62,843 nucleotides of DNA from Pedobacter sp. (GTDB taxonomy: Bacteria; Bacteroidota; Bacteroidia; Sphingobacteriales; Sphingobacteriaceae), in assembly GCF_045628745.1 (NCBI RefSeq), contig NZ_JAZQPU010000318.1, positions 1 to 62,843 of the forward strand, read 5' to 3'. A program made the position numbers and the translations under genes. The notes below the pieces were generated by a model. It was not told the origin of the DNA. It worked only from the letters and a program-made list of their open reading frames with translations, and did not search any database. Positions 39,448 to 48,725 of this stretch are shown piece after piece (the stretch's first letter is position 1; the number at the start of each line of letters is the position of its first letter).

Positions 39448-40278
39448 ATGGAGATGGCAAAAACGAAGCTACTGATTGTTACACACGAGATGTCGCCTTT
39501 CCTCGAACTTACAAAAATTTCAGAAATTACCCGCCAATTACCGCAGGCAATGCAAGAAAAAGGATTTGAAATCCGGATTCTGATGCCCAGGTTTGGTAAC
39601 ATCAATGAAAGACGCAACAGGTTACACGAAGTCATTCGGTTATCTGGAATGAACATTGTCATTGATGATAATGACAATCCATTAATCATTAAGGTGGCTT
39701 CTATACCGGCAGCACGCATGCAGGTGTACTTTTTGGACAACGAGGATTATTTTCAGCGTAAATATGTTTTCCGTGATAAAGAAAACAAATTCTATGGTGA
39801 CAACGACGAAAGAATGATCTTCTTCTGCAAAGGCGCATTAGAAACTGTGAAAAAATTAGGCTGGGCTCCCGACATCGTTCACTGTCATGGATGGATGACC
39901 GCACTGGTACCTGCATATATTAAAACTTCTTACAAGAATGACCCTACCTTCAAAAATGCGAAAGTAGTGTATTCAATTTATGAGAACTGCTTTACAGAAA
40001 CATTAAATGCAGACCTGCACAAAAAGGCAGTAATGAGTGCAATGACCGCTGAAGACACTAAAGTATTTGAAAACGCAACGAACAATACCATTGATAAAGG
40101 CGCTGTTTCTTACTCAGATGCCGTGGTTTTTGCAGCTGAAACAATCGATGCTGATGTGTTAAAATTTGTTAAAGATTCTAATAAGCCAACTTTAGCTTAT
40201 AATTTAACCGAAAATTTCGACAACTTCTATAATTTATATGAGGAGATTTCGAACGAAGAAATGGTTTCAATAGCATAA
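39448..40278 (+). CDS. Glycogen/starch synthase N-terminal (GT5) domain-only protein
   Basis: RILMPRFG, DNDERMIFF and PDIVHCHGWMTALVP; about 276 aa with no complete C-terminal GT-B lobe. Confidence 0.82.
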   Translation: MEMAKTKLLIVTHEMSPFLELTKISEITRQLPQAMQEKGFEIRILMPRFGNINERRNRLHEVIRLSGMNIVIDDNDNPLIIKVASIPAARMQVYFLDNEDYFQRKYVFRDKENKFYGDNDERMIFFCKGALETVKKLGWAPDIVHCHGWMTALVPAYIKTSYKNDPTFKNAKVVYSIYENCFTETLNADLHKKAVMSAMTAEDTKVFENATNNTIDKGAVSYSDAVVFAAETIDADVLKFVKDSNKPTLAYNLTENFDNFYNLYEEISNEEMVSIA

Positions 40279-40302
40279 ACAAACGGTATTATTATTTTAA
40301 AT

Positions 40303-41721
40303 ATGAAATTTTCAAAAATAGACTTATTGACCCTGTTAATAAGTCTTTTTCTTTTTGCCTCTTGTAATGAGTCAAACACTTTAGGCCTGGATCTTGATCC
40401 GGATAATGCCATTCAGGGTGCACTAGTAGACAGCCTGACTGTTAAAACTCAAACAGTTGCAGACGAGGTAAAACCTACGTATTATGGCACAACTGCCACC
40501 AATAACCCTGCGCGCCTTCCTTTTGGCTACCTTGAGGATCCTATTTTCGGAACTACAGAAGCCAGCGTTTCTTTCAGCGTAAACTTGCCAAGTGCTGCCT
40601 ATAGCTTTGGTACTAACGCTGTTGTAGATTCAGCGGTACTGATTCTTCCTTATTCCACAGATTTTTATGGAGATACCACTACTTCGGTTTACAGTATTGA
40701 CGTAAAACAACTGGCCAAAAATTTCGCTGTAGAAAGTTCTTTTCAAAGCAACAAAGAATGGGCAACAGGAACCGCTCTAGTAGGTAACTTTAAAGGTAAA
40801 ATTAAACCGACTACCCCTTACATGGTTACTAATATCGTTTCAGGTGGTGCCGATACTTTAGCTGCAGTACCTGCTTCTATCAGGATCAAATTAACCAATA
40901 ATTTTATCCAAAACAATATTGTTAACCTGGATACAAACATTTTGCGTAACGATGTAACCTTTAACCAGGCTTTTAAAGGCTTGCAAATTAGTTTGAATAG
41001 AGCCAACTCTTCAGGTACAGGTGGTTTGATGTTCTTTACTTTTACTGGTGCTTCTGCTGTGCAGGTTTACTACAAAAGACAAAATGCAACAACGGCTACT
41101 TCAACTGATACGGTATCTGCGGTGTTCCCTATTAACCAAACACTCAACCCTGTTGCTGCAACCATTAAGCATGATTATGCAAATACGCCTGTTGCCACTC
41201 AACTTGCTGATGTGAGTAACACACAATACCAGACTACTTATTTACAACCTTTGTCTGGCGTTAGAAACAAAATCAGCATTCCATACCTGAAAAAATTTGT
41301 AGCTAACCTTGGCAAAAAAGTACTCATCAACAAAGCAGAGCTTGTTGTAGACTTAAGTTCAGGTACAGATGTAGCCCCATTTTTACCGGCACAAAGAATT
41401 GCTTTATATCAATATGATATTGCCGGACAAAGAACGCTGATTCCAGATCAAAACTCTAGTGACTTAAGATATACAGCTAACTTTGGCACTTCATACATTG
41501 CCAGCAATAAAAATTACACCTTCATTGTAACTGCGCTATTGCAGGATTTGATGGATGGCAAAATTGTAGATAATGGCCTTTATTTAGCCCCTGCACCAGC
41601 ATTATTAACAGAATACAGCATTAACCCTACGTTAACTTCTGCTAACAGGTCTATCATTGGCGCTTTTAACAATGGCACTAACAAGGTTAAACTTAATGTA
41701 TATTACACAGTGATCAACTAA
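40303..41721 (+). CDS. DUF4270-type lipoprotein
   Basis: Lipobox FAS-C, FGYLEDPIFGTTEA, VDSAVLILPY, INKAEL and KLNVYY; the glgA-like adjacency is typical of Bacteroidota. Confidence 0.78.
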   Translation: MKFSKIDLLTLLISLFLFASCNESNTLGLDLDPDNAIQGALVDSLTVKTQTVADEVKPTYYGTTATNNPARLPFGYLEDPIFGTTEASVSFSVNLPSAAYSFGTNAVVDSAVLILPYSTDFYGDTTTSVYSIDVKQLAKNFAVESSFQSNKEWATGTALVGNFKGKIKPTTPYMVTNIVSGGADTLAAVPASIRIKLTNNFIQNNIVNLDTNILRNDVTFNQAFKGLQISLNRANSSGTGGLMFFTFTGASAVQVYYKRQNATTATSTDTVSAVFPINQTLNPVAATIKHDYANTPVATQLADVSNTQYQTTYLQPLSGVRNKISIPYLKKFVANLGKKVLINKAELVVDLSSGTDVAPFLPAQRIALYQYDIAGQRTLIPDQNSSDLRYTANFGTSYIASNKNYTFIVTALLQDLMDGKIVDNGLYLAPAPALLTEYSINPTLTSANRSIIGAFNNGTNKVKLNVYYTVIN

Positions 41722-41736
41722 GATCTTGTGTAACAC

Positions 41737-41771
41737 AAAAAAACCGGCTATTCATTTAGCCGGTTTTTTTT
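41737..41771. terminator. Bidirectional intrinsic terminator
   Basis: AAAAAAACCGGCTA..TAGCCGGTTTTTTTT. Confidence 0.85.
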
Positions 41772-41792
41772 ATGCTTAAAATTAAGGTTTGC

Positions 41793-42221
41793 TTAAAAAG
41801 GGATGTTTCCAGCATCGCTATCCCTATCTGTAAACTCATCCTCATGTTTTGGAATTACATGATTCTGCACCACCGGGGCAGCTTCAAAATCACTCTTCCT
41901 ACCCAGAATAGTAAAGTTCTCGGCAACAATTTCGGTCACATATTTTTTTACTTTTTCGCGGTCTTCAAAAGAACGTGTCCGTAGTTTCCCTTCTATATAA
42001 ACGAGCTTTCCTTTGGTGAGGTATTTGGACGCTACTTCGGCCAGTCCACGCCACAGCACTATGTTATGCCATTCTGTTTGTTCAACGCGTTTACCATCTT
42101 TATTAAAGGTTTCAGAGGTAGCTAATGGAAAGCTTGCAACGGTTACTCCACCGTCTAAATGACGAACTTCAGGATCCTTGCCTAAATGTCCTACTAAAAT
42201 TACTTTGTTGATACCTGACAT
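41793..42221 (-). CDS. ssb: Single-stranded DNA-binding protein
   Basis: NKVILVGHLGKDPE, TEWH and acidic C-terminus ending IPF. Confidence 0.97.
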   Translation of the reverse strand: MSGINKVILVGHLGKDPEVRHLDGGVTVASFPLATSETFNKDGKRVEQTEWHNIVLWRGLAEVASKYLTKGKLVYIEGKLRTRSFEDREKVKKYVTEIVAENFTILGRKSDFEAAPVVQNHVIPKHEDEFTDRDSDAGNIPF

Positions 42222-42233
42222 GGGAAAAAAAGA

Positions 42234-43283
42234 TTATGAGATTAAATAGGCATTTATAAAATTGGTGATTACTTTGGGCTGTGGCAAGTCATTTAAAGTG
42301 GCCTTGCTTACCCAAATAAACGGTGTATCTTGCTTAAAGTTAAGGATATAATTAGCTAAAACAAAAAATTGAACATATATAATTTGGTGTGTTAATACGT
42401 GTTTTTTGGTCATCAAAGGTGACACCGAAACTTCATTTCCATATAAATTTTTAATATCGGCAGCCAGTGTTCCCTCTTCGAAGGCTGCGGGCCCCATACT
42501 TTCAATTAAAGGAAAATCGTACAAGTGCTGCCATATATCTCCAGGCTGTCTTTTATTAACCAGAACCTGCTCCCCATTTTGCATAATGAGGTAGTTAAAA
42601 TAGCGTGTTTTAACCACCACCTTTTTCAGTTTTAAAGGCAGTACGTCTACCAGATTGTGCTGACGTGCATGACAGGATAACTGCAAAGGACAAAGCTCAC
42701 AAACGGGAGATTTAGGCTTACATTGCAGGGCGCCAAACTCCATGATAGCCTGGTTATAAACCATAGGATTTTGCCCCTGTATCAGCTCCTGCGCAAGGGC
42801 TTCAAATTGCTTTTTTCCTGTAGTGCTGTTGATGGCCTCTGCGATGCCAAAGTAACGGGAAAGCACTCGAAAGACATTGCCATCTACCACCGCTCTGGAC
42901 TCTCCTGCAGCAAAGGAGGAGATGGCTGCAGCCGTATAGGAACCAATACCTTTCAATTGCAGCAGCTGCTCGTATTGTACCGGAAAAACACCACCATAAA
43001 GCAGCATGACTTGCTGTGCGGTATGGTGCATGTTACGGCCACGTGAATAATAACCTAGCCCCTGCCATAATTTGAGCACCTGTGTTTCTGTGGCGGCAGC
43101 AAAATCAGCAACCGTAGGAAATGCAGCCAGAAACCGGTTGAAATACGGTAAACCCTGCTCTACCCGTGTTTGTTGCATAATGATCTCGGAAAGCCAAATG
43201 ACATAGGCATCTTGCGTATGGCGCCATGGCAAATCCCTTTGATGCAGCTGATACCAGTTCACAATTTCTTGCTGAAAATTCAT
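42234..43283 (-). CDS. mutY: A/G-specific adenine glycosylase
   Basis: RDLPWR, SEIIMQQT, WQGLGYYSR, HhH GIGSYTA, VDGNVFRV and Fe-S motif CxxxxxxCxxCxxxxxC. Confidence 0.96.
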   Translation of the reverse strand: MNFQQEIVNWYQLHQRDLPWRHTQDAYVIWLSEIIMQQTRVEQGLPYFNRFLAAFPTVADFAAATETQVLKLWQGLGYYSRGRNMHHTAQQVMLLYGGVFPVQYEQLLQLKGIGSYTAAAISSFAAGESRAVVDGNVFRVLSRYFGIAEAINSTTGKKQFEALAQELIQGQNPMVYNQAIMEFGALQCKPKSPVCELCPLQLSCHARQHNLVDVLPLKLKKVVVKTRYFNYLIMQNGEQVLVNKRQPGDIWQHLYDFPLIESMGPAAFEEGTLAADIKNLYGNEVSVSPLMTKKHVLTHQIIYVQFFVLANYILNFKQDTPFIWVSKATLNDLPQPKVITNFINAYLIS

Positions 43284-43392
43284 ATGCGCAAAAATACGGT
43301 GTTGAAACGTAGTTTTAACAAAACTTGCAATTCCCTGATGGTGAATAGCACAAATAATTGATCTTTTATTTTCCTATCTCATTAAAAAGCAA

Positions 43393-43400
43393 TACTTTTG
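43393..43400 (+). promoter_or_regulatory. -7 promoter element for the HU operon
   Basis: TACTTTTG (TAnnTTTG) 52 nt upstream of the ATG. Confidence 0.55.
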
Positions 43401-43452
43401 CAACCCCAAATCACTTATAATATTTAACACACAAAAATTAATAATAGAGAAT

Positions 43453-43755
43453 ATGACTAAGGCAGATATTATTTCAGAAATATCAACAAAGACAGGAATT
43501 GAAAAAGTAGATGTGCAGGAGACTGTCGAAGCATTTTTCAAAGTGATCAAAAACAGCATGATCGGAGGAGAAAATGTTTACGTAAGAGGTTTTGGAAGTT
43601 TTGTAGTTAAAAAAAGAGCACAAAAAACAGCGCGTAACATTTCAAAAAATACCGCAATTATTATCCCTGAACACTATGTACCAAGCTTTAAACCAGCAAA
43701 AGTATTTGTTGACAAGGTTAAAAATAACACAAAAAAACTTAGTGTAGAAGCTTAA
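43453..43755 (+). CDS. HU/IHF-family DNA-binding protein
   Basis: MTKADII, VRGFGSF, ARN and PSFKPAK. Confidence 0.95.
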   Translation: MTKADIISEISTKTGIEKVDVQETVEAFFKVIKNSMIGGENVYVRGFGSFVVKKRAQKTARNISKNTAIIIPEHYVPSFKPAKVFVDKVKNNTKKLSVEA

Positions 43756-43757
43756 TC

Positions 43758-44621
43758 ATGATTAAAAATATCCGGACTAAACAAGTTATAATTATTGGAG
43801 CAGTAGTGCTGCTGATTGCATTTTTGTTTACAAGAGATATTACAGGTTTGGTTAAACCTAAAGAAGAAACCACCAGTGCACCTGCTGCCGGTGCAACATC
43901 AACTCCTGCTGCTATACAGGAAATCAATCTAACAGAAGTATCTACAATTGGTAAGAATTCAATAAACTCCAATATAGCCGCTGAAATTACTACCTTGGAG
44001 AACAATTTTAAAGCTGCAGGTGAAAATGAGAAGATTAAAATAGCACAGGAGCTTGCCCTAAAATGGGATGATGTTGAACAACCCGTGCCTAGCGCCGTGT
44101 ATTTAGAGCTTATTGCCACCAAACAACCAGTATTTAAAAACTGGTTAAATGCTGGCGAAAGGTTTATGAAAGCCTTTGATTTAACCAGGGATAGCGTAAT
44201 GCAGCCTATATTACTTCAAAAAGCGAATTTGGCCTATAGAAACGCCCTTAAACTAGACTCTACCAGCAACGATGCTAAAACCGGTTTGGGAATTACCATC
44301 GTAAATGGAGCTGGAATGCCGATGGAAGGCATCACAATGTTGTTAGACGTTGTTAAAAAAGACCCAAAAAACTTAAAAGCAAATATGAGTTTAGGCACAT
44401 TTGCAATTAAGTCAGGTCAATTTGATAAAGCCATCACCAGATTTAATGATATTATTGCACAGAAGCCTTCACCAGATGCTTATTTTTATCTGGCTACAGC
44501 CTATGAAAACCTGGGCAAAAAGAAAGAAGCTATTGCAGCCTATTTGAATAGTAAAAAACTTGCGGCAAATCCAACGTTATCTAAATTCATTGATAAACGT
44601 GTAGAGGAGCTCAGTAAATAA
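43758..44621 (+). CDS. Membrane-anchored TPR protein
   Basis: N-terminal TM helix and C-terminal TPR motifs (AYFYLATAYENLGKKKEAIAAY). Confidence 0.82.
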   Translation: MIKNIRTKQVIIIGAVVLLIAFLFTRDITGLVKPKEETTSAPAAGATSTPAAIQEINLTEVSTIGKNSINSNIAAEITTLENNFKAAGENEKIKIAQELALKWDDVEQPVPSAVYLELIATKQPVFKNWLNAGERFMKAFDLTRDSVMQPILLQKANLAYRNALKLDSTSNDAKTGLGITIVNGAGMPMEGITMLLDVVKKDPKNLKANMSLGTFAIKSGQFDKAITRFNDIIAQKPSPDAYFYLATAYENLGKKKEAIAAYLNSKKLAANPTLSKFIDKRVEELSK

Positions 44622-44661
44622 TTAATAAACAGATTTTTTAAAATATTTAATTTACAGAATT

Positions 44662-44757
44662 ATGCCAAGTGGTAAAAAAAGAAAGAGACATAAAATGGCT
44701 ACGCACAAACGTAAAAAACACTTAAGAAAGAACAGACACAAGAATAAGAAAAAATAG
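44662..44757 (+). CDS. Small basic ribosomal protein bS22 (AURKAIP1/COX24/mS38-like)
   Basis: Manual translation MPSGKKRKRHKMATHKRKKHLRKNRHKNKKK (31 aa), with an A-rich upstream region; absent from the ORF track. Confidence 0.85.
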   Translation: MPSGKKRKRHKMATHKRKKHLRKNRHKNKKK

Positions 44758-44889
44758 CCTCTTATTTTTTAAATGTAAACAAGTAAAATATACGTTGATT
44801 TATCGACGTATATTTTGCTCGTTTACAATGTTTTCCTATTGGTCCATGTGTTAATGGGGCATCTTCGGATGCCGTTAAATTTACAGCTT

Positions 44890-46440
44890 TTGGTAAAAGA
44901 ATTAATTATCGATTCAGCTCCTACGGGAGTAACCATAGCTTTAATTGAAGATAAACAACTTGTAGAACTTCATAAAGAACACATCAACAACAACTATGCT
45001 GTTGGCGACATTTATTTAGGCCGTATAAAGAAAATTATGCCGGGCTTAAATGCTGCGTTTGTTGATGTAGGTTATGAAAAAGATGCGTTCCTGCATTATT
45101 TTGATCTGGGACCGCAAGTGCAATCTTTATTAAAGCTGACAAAAATAAAGCGTAATGGCACCGTTAATGGAACGTTATTAGATAATTTTAAACTGGAACC
45201 TGACATTAATAAGGCCGGTAAGATTTCTGAAATTGTCTCCAAAAATATTGTCATCCCTGTTCAAATAGCCAAAGAGCCTATTTCAACTAAAGGGCCGCGC
45301 TTAAGTTCTGACCTTTCTATAGCGGGTCGCTATATTGTATTGGTCCCTTTTTCGAATGTGATTTCTATCTCCAAAAAAATCAAAAGCAATACGGAACGTA
45401 ATCGTTTAAAAAAGATTATTGAAAGTATAAAGCCTAAGAATTTTGGTGTCATTATTAGAACCGTCTCTGAAGGAAAAGGTGTAGCAGAACTGCAAAAAGA
45501 TCTCTTGGATTCTGTAACCAAATGGGAAAACTTCATGAAGAAGTTACCTGATGCAGAACCCTCAAAACGAGTGTGGGGAGAAATGGATCGTACCTCTACG
45601 TTGATCCGTGATATCCTGAGCACAGATTTTACTAATGTTTATGTAAACGATCAAAGTTTATTTGAAGACATTCGTTCTTATGTTCATGAAATATCTCCTG
45701 AAATGGAGAAAATAGTGAAGTATTACAAGCAGAAAGAACCCATATTTGAACATTTCGGTCTGGACAAACAGATTAAAAATGGTTTCGGTAAAACGGTAAA
45801 TCTTGCAGGTGGTGCTTACCTGGTTGTTGAACATACAGAAGCTTTACACGTTATTGATGTGAACAGCGGTAATAGAACAGCGAGCAAAGAAAACCAGGAA
45901 GAAAATGCTCTTCAGGTAAATAAAGAAGCCGCTAAAGAAATTGCACGTCAGCTTAGGCTGCGTGATATGGGCGGTATTGTGGTGATCGATTTTATTGACA
46001 TGCACAAACCTGTGAACCGTAAAATGTTGTTTGACTATTTACGGGAGCTGATGCAGCTGGACCGTGCTAAACATACGATATTGCCTCCAAGTAAATTTGG
46101 TTTGGTTCAGATTACCCGACAAAGGGTAAGACCTGAGATGAACATCGTTACCAGCGAGAAATGTCCTACTTGTGGCGGTACAGGTGAAATTAAAGCAAGT
46201 ATTGTCCTGATGGATGATATCGAAAATAACCTGACGTATATTCTGCAAGAACAGAATGAGAAAAACGTTACGCTGTGTGTACATCCATATATTGAAGCCT
46301 TTATTAAAAAAGGTATTGTTTCCCTGAAATGGAAATGGTTCTTCAAATTCGGTCAACGCATCAAAATAAGGGCTGTACCTTCGTACAACCTTACAGAGTT
46401 CCATTTCTTGTCTGCTAAAGACGAAGAAATTAAATTGTAA
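44890..46440 (+). CDS. Rne/Rng-family ribonuclease (RNase G-like length)
   Basis: S1 GLNAAFVDVG, KEPISTKGPRL, IDVNSG, LRLRDMGGIVVIDFIDM and Zn-link CPTCGG. TTG start chosen downstream of the leader hairpins. Confidence 0.94.
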   Translation: MVKELIIDSAPTGVTIALIEDKQLVELHKEHINNNYAVGDIYLGRIKKIMPGLNAAFVDVGYEKDAFLHYFDLGPQVQSLLKLTKIKRNGTVNGTLLDNFKLEPDINKAGKISEIVSKNIVIPVQIAKEPISTKGPRLSSDLSIAGRYIVLVPFSNVISISKKIKSNTERNRLKKIIESIKPKNFGVIIRTVSEGKGVAELQKDLLDSVTKWENFMKKLPDAEPSKRVWGEMDRTSTLIRDILSTDFTNVYVNDQSLFEDIRSYVHEISPEMEKIVKYYKQKEPIFEHFGLDKQIKNGFGKTVNLAGGAYLVVEHTEALHVIDVNSGNRTASKENQEENALQVNKEAAKEIARQLRLRDMGGIVVIDFIDMHKPVNRKMLFDYLRELMQLDRAKHTILPPSKFGLVQITRQRVRPEMNIVTSEKCPTCGGTGEIKASIVLMDDIENNLTYILQEQNEKNVTLCVHPYIEAFIKKGIVSLKWKWFFKFGQRIKIRAVPSYNLTEFHFLSAKDEEIKL

Positions 46441-46460
46441 CTCCTGTTTAAAGCATCATT

Positions 46461-46491
46461 TAAGCCTGACTTCTAATTGAAGTCAGGCTTA
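46461..46491 (+). terminator. Hairpin after rne/rng
   Basis: TAAGCCTGACTTC-TAATT-GAAGTCAGGCTTA, a perfect 13-bp stem. Confidence 0.7.
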
Positions 46492-46569
46492 TTTATTTAA
46501 TGTCCTTTTTAATATAGCTCGAAATTTCGCCTATTAAGCGTTAAATTAGGAGTTCTAAATCAGCATACA

Positions 46570-47949
46570 TTGGCTAAAACTAAATCAGCATATTTCTGTC
46601 AGAGTTGTGGATATGAATCCGCAAAATGGCTTGGCAAATGCCCTTCCTGTAATTCTTGGAATACCTTTGTAGAAGAGGTCATTGAAAAAACAGCGGCAAA
46701 AGTGCCGGCATGGAAAAGCAGCAACAATGGCAGCACCAGGGCCAACCAGCCTAGCAGGGTAGAAACTATTGAATCTTCTACAGAAAAAAGAATTTTAACC
46801 GGCGACCAAGAGCTTGACCGCGTATTGGGCGGTGGTTTGGTTACCGGATCTGTTACCTTAATTGGTGGTGAACCGGGCATTGGCAAATCTACATTAATGC
46901 TGCAACTGGCCTTAAATCTTTCTAAAAAACGTATCCTTTATGTTTCTGGTGAGGAAAGCGAGCAGCAGATTAAAATGCGTGCAGAGCGGATTACCAATGA
47001 ACCTACGGCAGACTGTTATATTCTAACGGAAACTTCAACTCAAAATATTTTTAAACAGATTGAAAGCCTTGAGCCGGATATCGTAATTATTGATTCTATT
47101 CAAACCCTGCATTCTGCACATATCGAATCTACGCCAGGTAGTGTATCGCAAGTGAGGGAATGTACGGCAGAATTGTTAAGGTTTGCTAAAGAAACCGATA
47201 CGCCTGTATTTTTAATTGGCCACATTACCAAAGATGGCGCCATTGCCGGACCTAAAATTCTGGAACACATGGTGGATACCGTTTTACAGTTTGAAGGCGA
47301 CAGGCACCACATTTACCGGATTTTGAGGTCTATTAAAAACAGGTTCGGTGCTGCTGCAGAAATGGGTATTTATGCCATGAACAGCACCGGTTTGAGGGAA
47401 GTGACCAATCCTTCTGAAATTTTACTTTCCCAAAGGGATGAAGAGCTCAGTGGAATTGCCATTTCAGCTACTTTAGAAGGCGCCAGACCAATGTTAATTG
47501 AAACGCAGGCATTGGTGAGCGTAGCGGCTTATGGAACACCACAGCGCTCTGCTACGGGCTTTGACACCAAACGCATGAATATGCTGCTTGCCGTGCTGGA
47601 GAAAAGATGTGGTTTTAGGTTAAGTGCAAGGGATGTATTTTTAAATCTTGCTGGTGGTATCCGTGTAGAAGATCCTGCCATTGACCTGGCCATTATGGTT
47701 GCCATTATCTCTTCTCATGAGGATATTGCCATTCCATCAAAGTATTGTTTTGCTGCAGAAGTAGGCCTTTCTGGCGAAATCAGAGCAGTGAACAGGATTG
47801 ATCAGCGCATTTCTGAAGCCGATAAATTAGGTTTTGAAAAGATTTTTATTTCTAAGTATAACCTCAAAGGTTTAACGCTGGAAAAATACGGTATAGAAGT
47901 GGTTGGCGTTGGAAAGATTGAAGATGTATTCGGTGCTTTATTTGGGTAA
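46570..47949 (+). CDS. radA: DNA repair protein RadA/Sms
   Basis: C4 zinc finger, GGEPGIGKST and KNRFG; Lon-like C-terminus. Confidence 0.97.
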   Translation: MAKTKSAYFCQSCGYESAKWLGKCPSCNSWNTFVEEVIEKTAAKVPAWKSSNNGSTRANQPSRVETIESSTEKRILTGDQELDRVLGGGLVTGSVTLIGGEPGIGKSTLMLQLALNLSKKRILYVSGEESEQQIKMRAERITNEPTADCYILTETSTQNIFKQIESLEPDIVIIDSIQTLHSAHIESTPGSVSQVRECTAELLRFAKETDTPVFLIGHITKDGAIAGPKILEHMVDTVLQFEGDRHHIYRILRSIKNRFGAAAEMGIYAMNSTGLREVTNPSEILLSQRDEELSGIAISATLEGARPMLIETQALVSVAAYGTPQRSATGFDTKRMNMLLAVLEKRCGFRLSARDVFLNLAGGIRVEDPAIDLAIMVAIISSHEDIAIPSKYCFAAEVGLSGEIRAVNRIDQRISEADKLGFEKIFISKYNLKGLTLEKYGIEVVGVGKIEDVFGALFG

Positions 47950-47992
47950 ATTACATTGGGCAACTTATTAGTATTTATTTAAATTATAAAAT

Positions 47993-48643
47993 ATGAAAAC
48001 AGCATTAATTGGTGCAAGTGGTTTTGTTGGCACCAGCATTCTTGAAGAATTATTAAACCGCGGACACCAGGTTACCGCAATTGCACGTCATGCTGATAAA
48101 ATTACTTTTAAACACGACAACCTGGTCATCAAAGAAATTGACGTTTTAGCAACTACAGACCTGGTTGAAGGCATTAAAGGTGTAGATGTTGTGATTAGTG
48201 CTTATAATTCAGGCTGGACCAATCCGAATATCTACAGTGATTTCATTGCAGGCTCACAAGCCATTCAACAAGCGGTTAAGGAAGCAGGTGTGAAACGCTT
48301 GATCGTTATAGGTGGAGCCGGAAGTTTAGAAATTGATGGTCACCAATTGGTAGATAGTCCAGATTTTCCAGCTGATTATAAACAGGGGGCTTTAGCAGCA
48401 AGAGATTACTACCAGCAACTGAAAGAAGAAAAAGAATTGCAATGGTGCTTTTTTAGTCCGGCCATTGAAATGCACCAGGGTATCACTACTGGACGCACAG
48501 GAAACTACCGTTTAGGTAGCAATAGCCCGGTATTTAATGATGAAGGAAGATCTATTCTTTCTGTACAAGATTTAGCTGTAGCCATTGTAGATGAAATGGA
48601 AAACAATAAACATCCGCAACAACGTTTTACTGCTGCTTATTAA
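47993..48643 (+). CDS. NAD(P)-binding oxidoreductase (atypical SDR, YwnB-like)
   Basis: IGASGFVG, VIGGAGSL and SVQDLAVA. Confidence 0.88.
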   Translation: MKTALIGASGFVGTSILEELLNRGHQVTAIARHADKITFKHDNLVIKEIDVLATTDLVEGIKGVDVVISAYNSGWTNPNIYSDFIAGSQAIQQAVKEAGVKRLIVIGGAGSLEIDGHQLVDSPDFPADYKQGALAARDYYQQLKEEKELQWCFFSPAIEMHQGITTGRTGNYRLGSNSPVFNDEGRSILSVQDLAVAIVDEMENNKHPQQRFTAAY

Positions 48644-48683
48644 TTTACTGCAGCTGATTAAACAATTAAAAAAGACAGCAAAC

Positions 48684-48709
48684 AAAAAAGTCCCTTACGG
48701 GACTTTTTT
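48684..48709. terminator. Bidirectional terminator
   Basis: AAAAAAGTCCC-TTAC-GGGACTTTTTT. Confidence 0.85.
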
Positions 48710-48725
48710 GTGAAATTACCTTGTA

